Source of the DNA: Nemertoderma westbladi
Lineage: Eukaryota > Animalia > Xenacoelomorpha
Assembly (NCBI GenBank): GCA_032718475.1
Contig: JAUCBJ010001398.1
Coordinates: 81,449 to 145,448 of the forward strand
Direction: 5' to 3'
DNA: 64,000 nucleotides
Every line of letters starts with the position of its first letter. Within the stretch, counting starts at the first letter, position 1. Below are positions 54,701 through 64,000 of the stretch, one piece after another. The notes beneath the pieces were generated by a model, which saw only the letters and a program-made list of their open reading frames with translations, was not told the DNA's origin and ran no database searches. The position numbers and the translations under genes are program-made.

Positions 54701-56255
54701 TTGTTCATCAAGACAGAAAGCGAACCTGTTTATAAACCCTACTCACCTGCTGGTAGCTGTATCGACGAGTTAATAAACCCGGGCCTCATACCAAACAGCT
54801 ACACTTATACCGCACCCTCCCAGGGACTCCAACCAGATATCACGATACCGGACTCCAACACCTCTCAATCTCTTAGGGACTTCGACTTAAACTTATCCAA
54901 CAGAAACCACAAACACTCACTACCGGTACATCCTACGGATGTCTCATACATACTCGCTTCCAACGATAACGTGGCAACCGGAAGTGTGAATCATCCCAAC
55001 TACCAAACCGCGTCCTCTGTGATTCAACGTCAGGAAGTTGTGAGGAAAACCGACTCGCGTAACAAGTACAGTTGCAGCATTTGCGGGAAAGCGTTCACCC
55101 AGAAATGCAACCTGATTAGACACAAACGGAGCCACACCGGCGAGCGTCCCTTCCAATGCCTTACCTGCGGTAAATGTTTCTTCCAGATAGCCCATCTAAA
55201 CAACCACCTGCGTACCCACACCGCGGAACGGCCTTATGTCTGCAAAACCTGCGGGAAAGCGTTTAAAGCGAAGGGGAGCCTAACGGTGCACAAGCGCATG
55301 CATTCGGTATGAGAGACAGTCTGCGTTCCGGGGGAAGTCTGCCAAACTATAGGGAAATATTCGTGGCAACTTCCGATCTAACTCGCCGCGGGCGTGTCCA
55401 CAATGGGGGGAGAGAATGCCTTGTTTGTCGGAGTCTTACCACCTCCCGTACCGCAATCAATGTGACTCCCTCAAAACAGTTTAAGAACCCTTGTTGTTGA
55501 AAATATAAATCTCGTCTCAATGTTATAATATCAATTAAATGGAAAGGAGCAGGATACAATGGCACGGCATTATAACCAAAATAATACACGAAACTCAATA
55601 GAACATGTTTATGAGAGTAATCAGCTGTTATTTTCGTCGATTTTCCCCTGAAGAGTGATGAATTTGGTGGATTGCTTCAACATCCTCCCTATCTGCGTAT
55701 AATACCATATTACATCGGCCTCCTAAACTCTCACCCTACCTACTCGAACGTAACAGAGAATTTTATTGGAATCATACCTGGATGGCCTATATGTGTGGGT
55801 ATTGCACATCTCCAGATCACATTAACTGATTATATATTAATTTTAATTATTTATTTAATTAAAACAAATTATTTAATTTATCTGGTTCAATTTTACCCCG
55901 CTAGAGGTAAGATTAATTAGAATTCATTATTAATTATATGATAATGTTTTAAAAATTATAAAAAATAGTATTATTATAATGCCTTGGTATGGGGGGGGGG
56001 GGGGGTGTGATTTTATGTGTATTTCTGGTTTTGATATAAGTGATAAACTATCCCATTACCAAGATATGCAAATTTAAGTTATTCCCTCACACTCTGCTGT
56101 ATTATGTATAATTTTGTTTCTAGAATAAATGTGCTGAGCGCGTCAAGAAATCACGAGAATCGAAAAAATGGGACCCCAAGAAAGTCCAACGTTTAGAACA
56201 GGACGCCTTGGTAGCCCAAGCTTATCAGAAGGACAATTATTATGGTTATAATTAA
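48779..56255 (+). CDS. Coiled-coil protein, CCDC181-like (CCDC34/181 family), 6 exons, ~366 aa
   Basis: Exons 48779-48868, 49194-49274, 50277-50369, 50769-51278, 51499-51693, 56124-56255, all phase 0 GT-AG (1101 nt). DIIFEQEGKFQLM and three W-centred repeats (KAYKYWLQCKR, EAVQEWSDKKK, EAFKQWLKNKKR), ending DNYYGYN. Last exon is less certain. Confidence 0.7.
49586..49738. mobile_element. PIF/Harbinger-type MITE (153 bp) with TTA target duplication
   Basis: TIR AGGCCATGATACACCACAGGAGCGGCGAGCGGCAGC and its reverse complement at the right end; TTA at 49583-49585 and 49739-49741. Confidence 0.85.
54032..55312 (+). CDS. C2H2 zinc-finger protein, three C-terminal fingers, single coding exon (~426 aa)
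   Basis: Open frame 54026-55312, first ATG at 54032; fingers YSCSICGKAF..H..H, FQCLTCGKCF..H..H, YVCKTCGKAF..H..H with TGERP/TAERP linkers. Confidence 0.88.
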   Translation: MEPFIESASALVISKCMFATICSENHTFLRTFIEEFLDANSSFLGNYVVKNCTAGQITEWLQRSLFSGSNNAATTSALPLCSTTVPASATGYREKTSIPPRPLRTSATTAVRYRPNLASQMSCRQKSRYSRRFPPSYKPSCSYSQSGDFILTRGRDPMSTPMAPILDPLGPEINPVRSDQTATCSSNVSLTYNNEHCIPAVITTGTGNQSTQPLTNPSDAPDILFIKTESEPVYKPYSPAGSCIDELINPGLIPNSYTYTAPSQGLQPDITIPDSNTSQSLRDFDLNLSNRNHKHSLPVHPTDVSYILASNDNVATGSVNHPNYQTASSVIQRQEVVRKTDSRNKYSCSICGKAFTQKCNLIRHKRSHTGERPFQCLTCGKCFFQIAHLNNHLRTHTAERPYVCKTCGKAFKAKGSLTVHKRMHSV

Positions 56256-58719
56256 AAGTATGTGAAAAAATTTACATTCTGTTTCCATATTATTTCTTAT
56301 TGATACAAATACCTAAGTAAAATTATTCCAGACGCCACTTTATTTTTGTAATGAAAAGGCCTACCTAATAATTTTATTAAGATTGAATCATGGATTGGAG
56401 AACATGATGCCTAAAAAAAATCGTAAAGTAGTCTCAAACTAATTCAGTTTCCATGGCTACCAATCAAACGCGAATTATAAATTACGGACACGAGACTGCG
56501 CTTTCCAATGATTAAGGGGAATGAACACGTCTCCTATGAGACACCCATGCTGCATTGTCTGGTTGGAGATGTTTGCATTAAACATGATTCAATATTATAG
56601 GAGTACTTGGTCTGCTGTTTAAATACAGTTTTATTCTAAGGGACTTATAAATCCCTTTACTATTCAATGCTGCCCATGATTCAATGTTGTTATTAAATAG
56701 TGCTTGCTCCCTTAATTCCAGATCCATGATCCCAAGTAACAGAAGTCATCCACATGCCATCTTTGGATGCCGTATTTAGAGGATGGGGGGGGGGGGGGGG
56801 GGCGAAGGGGCCGAAACCCCAGGCCCCCCGCCATTGTGGGCCCCCCAACGCGACCCATAACTATAGGGATCGACCGAACGATAGAGGAGCCGAACCGGAA
56901 CCGAACTGAAACCGAACATGGCAATTTTGAATTTTGCCACTTATTTTTCCCAAAATATATGAAAAACAAAAATATTGTGGGAAAAACAGTAAATATGTTT
57001 GTACAGTAGCTTATGAATTTATATATTATAAGTAATAAAATAGGAAATTTCCGGAAAATCCGAAAATGTATAAGAAATTTCACGAAAAATGTGTAGGAAA
57101 GTCCTGAAATTTCCAACCATTTCCTGACTCACATTTCGTACTACTGTAATATATTTACATCTACATTCAAGTTTCTTTGAAAGGTTATACAGTATCTTTG
57201 AGAATTGCTCGGCGCCGTATGTGCAAACACCATACAGTAGAGCACAGGCCCCACACCCCACTGACCCGGCCCTATGCCCCACACCACTGACCCGGCCCCA
57301 GGCCAACCACCACTCTAAATCCGGCCGTGATTGGATCTTATGCTCTAAAGAAACTTGTCGAACAAATTCACTCAGTACATTAGTGGGCTGCCAAACTTAT
57401 TCGTTTCCTAAGGAAGTACAACACGAGTGTGGCCTTCGTGCGACAGAAGCTGCAAGCCATCTTAGCGAACAATTACAATTATGGCTAGTTATATCTTGGC
57501 TTCCGACACACTGACACACACACGAACTTTTAGATAACGACATAGTATAATTATAACAGTTCGCTGATGGCTCGCAGTTTTGACTCGCCCCACATGACCC
57601 GTAAAATAGGCCTAGGCCTAAACTGTAGAGTAATTTTCTGATGACACGGACTTGTAGATAAATTATGTGGGAGGGGGTGGAATTTTTCTATAAATCTTTA
57701 TCATTATTGCTTGAAGTTCGAAACACATCTAATTCAACTCACCGTCCATCACCCCATGGATCTAGAATTTTAAATTTAACCCTTAATTTTAAAGCGTTTT
57801 GAAAAAGTGTCTTTTCCAAAATAGCATCCTTCGTATTCTGGCCATTATTCATTCTTCACATTAGTCGTTTTTAATTATATCATTAGACAGCTTATGTTGT
57901 AACGATTCTAAAAATGTAATATTTCCAGAATCTTGACCACCATCGATTAATGTACAGTATAGTTAATAAACTATTTATTTTTACTTTAACGCGTCTGCAA
58001 TTTCTATTATTTCCAGGCAATGACTTGAGGGAAATTTGAAGATGAGTTAGTTCATTCGCCACTCTTTACTGCATGTTAGTTATACAAAGATGATGACACT
58101 GAAAAAGAATTGCATTTCAACTAACTAGGGCCTATTGGTTTATTAAATATGTCCAGTAATTGTATTATATTAATTTAAGATTATACGCTTGGCAGTAAAA
58201 TACTTCAGACATTGATAGTTAGTAATTAATTAAAAGTACCAATTAATCAGATTAAAAATAGATAACATTTTGCTATTTTTTAAAGATGAAATATTGAGAC
58301 ACTTGCGTTTAAAATACAGTATTTATATTTTAAGCATCAGTTCAATCAGTTAATCAGTTCAATTCATGGCGGATAATAACTGTAAAACTTTCGGGAATAT
58401 TATTTATTTATTAGACTGTCTCGATGTCACTTCTAAAAGTAAATGTAATGTTCTGGAATTTATTTAAATAAATAGCAATAACTATTTGTAAATAAAGAGA
58501 CAAACTATGGATATTTTTCAGTAATATCTCAGTTATTCTGCGGGTGTAAATGTAGCCCCGAGTACATTACCCTGTATACAAACAAAAAACGAAACTGTAA
58601 CTTATGCTAATAACTATCATCTATTACCTTCCGTATAGTGCAACCTTTCGTGTACTTTAATATTACCGTAATCGATAATTGACATTAATTAACCTTATTA
58701 ATGCACACCATCTACACCA

Positions 58720-60015
58720 TCAAAAGGTTAATACAACAACCATTTTTAGCACGTCGGAGCCCCACCCCACCCCTAATTTTTTCAAATTTCAATCTCATAT
58801 GCTACAAAATTTGGTATGATGATAGTTCGACAATTAATTTTTCTTTTCAAAATCCTGGCCGGATTCTTCAATTTCTGCGCTATTTCGATATATGGGTACC
58901 CACTTTTTGACCATTTATTTGACAATGTTAATGGCTATTATCTTGAGGTTTTTTGTTTTATAACATTAATGTCATCTTCTGTTAGACGTTAGCTATTGTT
59001 TTTTTTATGGTAGCTAGTGATTTCTTTTAGGCAGCTACTGTTTTTAAAATTACAAAACCAAATTTTTGGCCCCAAATTTTTGAGCAATTTTTTTTACAAT
59101 ATTATTGGATATTATCATGTTGTTCTTCGTTCTAGAACATAAATTTCACCTTCTGAGAGAGGTTACCTGTTATTTTTTATTAAAGTAGCTAGTGTTTTTA
59201 AAAGTAGCTAGAGATCTTAAAATTACAAAATAATATTTTGGACCATGTTAATGGATATTATCAAGATGGTTTTTTGTTCTAGAACATAAATTATTTCACC
59301 TTCTGAGAGAGGTTAGCTATTATTTTTTATTATGGTAGCTAGTGTTTTTAAAGGTAGATAGATAGTGATCTTAAAATTAGAAAAGAAATTTTGTAGTGCC
59401 CCTTTTATTTAGACAATTTCCATATCATCAATATATTCTACTGTAGAAATGACTAATAAAAAGATAAATAAATCTAGTAATAAGTAAAATAGGCCTAAAT
59501 AAGTAAAATATGTAAAAACTCTATTTTTACATCTGTATCTCATATTTTGTATAAAAAACTAGCTAGTGAATAATTACTAGCTACGTTGACTATCAAATAA
59601 AAATTACTAGCTGCCATGACTCATAAATTATTCCATGCAAATATATAATTGAGAATTAAATTACCAGTATATCTTACATTTACTAGCTAATAAATAGTAC
59701 TAGCTAACACAAAATTAATAGTACCGTACTAGCTACCATCTTACTGTCAGAAGGTCAAATATTTGTTCTAGATAAAAAACTTCAAAATAAAATATATTTT
59801 TACAAGAAAATAGTTGGTCAAATTTTTTTTCAATTTTTCCATTATAATTTTTTTCACTAGCTAATAAAAAGTACTAGCTATAACACAAAATCAAAATTAC
59901 TAGCTACCATCGTACTGGCAGAAGGTTAAATACTTGTTCTAGAACAAAAAACCTCATGATAAAAGCAATTTTCATATGAATAAATTTGTTTAAAAAGTGG
60001 GTACCCATAACATAG
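58720..60015. mobile_element. Degraded foldback-like AT-rich element with internal TAGCTAGT subrepeats
   Basis: ATGGGTACCCACTTTTT (~58892) is mirrored by AAAAAGTGGGTACCCAT (~59992); direct subrepeats at 59100-59390 are inverted at 59690-59960; shares motifs with 29905-30838. Confidence 0.55.
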
Positions 60016-60049
60016 TAGTACCGAAGGTTGACGACTTTCGGTACCTTGG

Positions 60050-60500
60050 GTCATGAGAGAGAGTAGCAAAAAGGACATAGAAGTTAGGAAAGCAAAGGCT
60101 TGGGTAGCTCTATCAAAAATGGATACCATCTGGAAATCAGATCTCTCCAGGCACCTGAAGACTAAGTTCTTTCGAGCGACATTGGAGTCGACTTTTATAC
60201 GGGGGTGAGACCTAAAGACTGACGAAATCACTTGAACAACTGAATGGATGGTTGCTACACAAGACTACTAAGGGCAGCCCTAAACATCAGCTGGAGACAA
60301 CACATGACAAACGCCGAGCTTGATGGTACAATACCACCTGTATCAACCACCCTCCGTGAACGCAGATTACGATTCAGTGGGCACTGCTGGCGAAGTAAAG
60401 ACGAGGTCATACCAGATCTACTTTTATGGCAACCAACACATGGAAAGCGTACCCGTAGACGACCGGCTATAACATACTGTATGTACAGTAGACCAGCTTT
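60050..60500 (+). mobile_element. RTE-clade LINE 3' fragment
   Basis: KDIEVRKAKAWVALSKMDTIWKS..KFFRATLES and DGCYTRLLRAALNISWRQHMTNAEL..RERRLRFSGHCWR..LLLWQPTHGKR, typical post-RT region; frameshifted. Confidence 0.8.
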
Positions 60501-61318
60501 AAAGGACCCCTAAAGCTGCAAAGCTTTAGGGGTAATCCTATATGTTATAATCCTATAATAATAATATATAATAATCCTATATCCAATAATGTATAAATCC
60601 TATACAATACCTTTATACCGGTACATTGTTTGGTGTATTTGTTATTGTTTTTCCATAATGTATAAATAAATCTATCTATCTATCTATCTATAGCTTGAAA
60701 GGGATACTGAACTTGAGAGAAACGAAATTGCGACAACTATGGAGAATCGGTAAACCCGGAAGGATCTCATTTCCACTGTACGATTTCGCTCGACCTAGTA
60801 GTAATAGTACAGAAGTAGATGCATATGAATATTGAATATGCATATAATTATGCTCTAAATAGCTCAGAAATTGAAAAATCCGACAAGGTCAGCAGAAAGA
60901 AAAATTGTCGAACTATCATCATATCAAATTTCGTAGCATATGGTTTAAATTTGAAAGAAATTAGGGAGGGGGGGGGGGGGGGCTCCGACCCCCTCAAAAT
61001 GGTTCTAGTATTAAGGGAGGTAGTGTAATGATTGTTGGTCGGTAGCCGGCTTAGCGTTAATACACTCCTAATTCGCAATGAAATTTCCACGTCTTGTTAC
61101 ATATTTGGTACCCGGATAAAACGGCCACCTATGAGGTGGTAACAAAGTCGAAATAGGCCTACTGTATAACTGCCTTTGCTAAACTGGGGCATTACTGATT
61201 AATTAATGTGATTTATGTCCATTCCTCCACTCCCTGTCTGTTTTGTTTTTTGGAAACCCCATTCTACTTTTTTGGTCATTTCCAATCTAATGCGACCAAT
61301 CAAACAAATCTTTACAAT

Positions 61319-63059
61319 TTATAAGTTTCCATTCAGTTCTTCGCATCCGGAAGCCGATTCAGTTTCGCTTCGAGTATCCTGAACTCGTTCACGTTTAGCC
61401 ACGCGAAGGGCGAGTTTCGCGAAACCGAAACCCCAAACGCAGGAGAAACACATCAACAACGACAACTTAAAGTTGAAGTAACTCCACCAGGTGAACCACG
61501 GAATGGTGTGGAGACGGGGTGGTTGCCATGACTGCGGGTAGAAGGGGTTGTAGACAGAGTAAACCTCCATACTCTTGAACATGACAGAATTGAGTATGTA
61601 GAAGGGGAATAAATAAAGACGGGATACGAAGAATACAGCAACCAAAACAAAAACCAACGGCCGTGCGATGTGGTCGCATTTAGCGTAATGGAGAACCTAA
61701 AACAAAAATGTAAGTAAAAAGTGAAAGATTGTCCTTCCTAGGTTCTACTGTATCAAAGTAAAGTTATCGTTGAACGAAAAAGAAGAAAAACCGAAGGGTC
61801 CCCTCTCACTTTTCTGTTCTATCTCAATTCTCTCTCTTGGCTGTTACATGTAAGTGGAAAAGCCGTCGCTGCATCAACTCCTAAGTTTAAACACTCTGTA
61901 ATAATAACTAAACAACGAAACAAACTCCCCAATGAACGGCACGGGACCTTCCAGCTAAAGACAAAGTGTCTACTCTAATTAAGGGGGGTAGAACATTTTC
62001 TGACCTAAAAGACGAATTTTTGAAACATATCCTATCTGATGAAGAATTTCATGCTGAATCCAAATATGGAAACTTTCCAAATCCAAATATGGAAAATTTC
62101 CCATATCTTGCTTAGTTTTCGAGATATCTGGGATAGAAGATACTGGCTCCAATATATCGCGATATCGGTAAAGGCGATGGAGTTTGGGGTTTGCATTCAA
62201 TTTCTGCAAATTTCTTTGCTCAGTGGTGCCAATTGGATGTCTCCACGAGAAAGAGCATAACATTTTAATTGAGAAGGTATTTTTTTATGATTATTGGACC
62301 TACTTGTCAGTTTATAAGACAACTTCAAGTCTCCGGAATGAAGGCGGGACTCGAATGACGGGACTCTGCGGTCTTTGCGGGATTACACGGAATAGACATA
62401 TCGGAGATCTTCAAAATGTATAATCTCCAGTTCTAGTGGTCGTCTTCAGAGTCTTGTCATTCGAATCCCGCCTTCATTCCGGAGACTTGAAGTTGTCTTA
62501 TAAACTGACAAGTAGGTCCAATAATCATAAAAAAATACCTTCTCAATTAAAATTGTGTGTTCTTTCTCGTGGAGACATCCAATTAGGAATGCAAACCCCG
62601 AACATCATCTCTTTTACCAATATCGCGATATATTGGAGCCAGTATCTTCTATCCCAAGATATCTCGAAAACTATGAGATGTGGGAAAGATATGGGAAGAT
62701 ATAGGAAAACGGTTTCCATATTCGGATTCAGCATGAAATTCTGCATCAGATAGGATATATTTCAAAATTCGACTTTTTGGTCAGAAAATGCGCTACCCCC
62801 CCCCCCCCCCCCCCCTTAATAGTAACATTATTTTTGTTAATAAATAAAAATAACAAGTTAGAAGTGATCCATTTGCCGATCTCACCTTCGCTAGGTAAGC
62901 GATAGGATCCATTGCATCGTGAACAACTACAACCAACAAGCCCATTTGGACAAGGTTCACTATATAGGAACCCATCAATAGACTAATGGTTAGCATGTGA
63001 TGGACAAACATTATCAAATTATCTTTTCGTTTCGATTCGAAAACATGCATTGGGATTTC
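61319..63059 (-). CDS. Ceramide synthase (TLC/Lag1 domain), last two exons; gene begins beyond window end
   Basis: Exons 63059-62886 and 61696-61319 joined in phase 0. Lag1p motif RKDNLIMFVHHMLTISLL..SY....GLLVVVVHDAMD...LAK, FFVSRLYLFPF, C-terminal DTRSETE. Confidence 0.88.
61983..62815. mobile_element. Foldback non-autonomous DNA transposon with TTAA target duplication (Kolobok-like) in the last ceramide synthase intron
   Basis: TTAA|GGGGGGTAG..CATTTTCTGACC ... GGTCAGAAAATG..CTACCCCC(n)|TTAA; ~370-bp inverted arms; purine start argues for Kolobok rather than piggyBac. Confidence 0.8.
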
Positions 63060-63349
63060 CTGTTAAAAGACAAATAAACAGCAATAATCGTTAAATTAAA
63101 TATCAATATTTAACGGCTTTGCTACCAGTTTAGTAACACGACATACTACACGTCCGAAATAATAGCATTATTGTTCCTTAACCATTTGGGGTACACCATT
63201 TTGGTCCAAAATATGTCGAATTTTTTTTATGGTCTAGTATAATGCACCATTGAATGGTGTTTCCAAATCTGAAAACCGTTATTTAGTAGCTCGTTTAGTT
63301 TTCAAGTTATGTAAATTTCAATTTAGGGAATCCTATTGAAATTACTATT

Positions 63350-64000
63350 ACTATGTATAATGAAAGGCCGATTATCTCCAAATATTTTTTTCATGAAATT
63401 GTCAACTTCATAACCCTTCTACTTCTACAATTTTTGAGTAATTAGTCTGAATCTTCCTGTAGGTGTCTAGATAGCCACCCTGCATAATAGTATCAGACAA
63501 CTTTTCGAAATTTTTTGTTAATAAAATTTAATACTATTTATAAAAAACCTAAAAATTAGCATAAATTTGCAGCGGCACCTAGCGGTACAGAATTATTTTA
63601 ACAAAATTTCGCCTGATAGTTATGTTGCCCCATCTTTGATCTATCATACTGTATAAAAAAACTTTCATGTGAATAGGTTCAAAACTGTAAAAGCCTTAGG
63701 GTTTTAAGCGCAACCAAGTTTTTTTTATCATTAACTAGTATTAACTAATATTAAATAGCGGAAAAAATTTTTTTTCTGACCTGTCATGTAGAATAGCATC
63801 TTAGGCACGTACTGTATATGCCAAATTTTAGGCAAAACCAAAAAAATTTGAAATTTGGCATATACAGTAGATGCCTAAGATGCTATTCTACATGACAGGT
63901 CAGAAAAAAAAATGTTTTCGCTATTTTTTCGCTTTCTTCGGTTTTGAAGTTGACAATTTCATGACAAAAATATTTGGAGATAATCAACCTTTCATTATAC
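63350..64000. mobile_element. Foldback element with asymmetric deletion, running off the window end
   Basis: 63760-63830 pairs with 63850-63922; 63355-63410 pairs with 63945-64000. Confidence 0.65.

Noticed and set aside
45722-63059. A lipid-metabolism gene cluster (P450 plus ceramide synthase)
   Set aside because: Separated by unrelated genes; no evidence of co-regulation; adjacency is unremarkable in an animal genome.

Overview
AT-rich, intron-containing animal (probably invertebrate) genomic DNA; most entries in the ORF track are artefacts of tandem repeats or antisense frames. Manual splicing (GT-AG, phase-consistent) supports eight genes: the 5' part of MCM3 (-); a 13-exon, ~749-aa protein (+) with an intact M28 zinc-peptidase domain, a second M28 domain lacking all metal ligands and a GPI-like tail; a 3-exon MARVEL-like gene nested antisense in its intron 7; a membrane mucin-like gene (-); an intronless CYP46-like P450 (+); a 6-exon CCDC181-like gene (+) with an intronless C2H2 zinc-finger ORF in its last intron on the same strand; and the 3' end of a ceramide synthase (-). 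The rest is rich in locally born minisatellites, foldback/MITE DNA elements with readable TSDs, a solo LTR, a decayed Gypsy-like element, LINE fragments and tRNA-derived SINEs. The most unusual pattern is that several tandem arrays are amplified copies of functional host signals: an exon end plus 5' splice site of MCM3 (~33 copies), a branch-point-like CTAAC unit before an acceptor (~87 copies), a duplicated donor with AATAAA between the two peptidase domains, and a CCAAT-box unit (~75 copies). All family assignments come from motif recognition by eye; no database searches were run.
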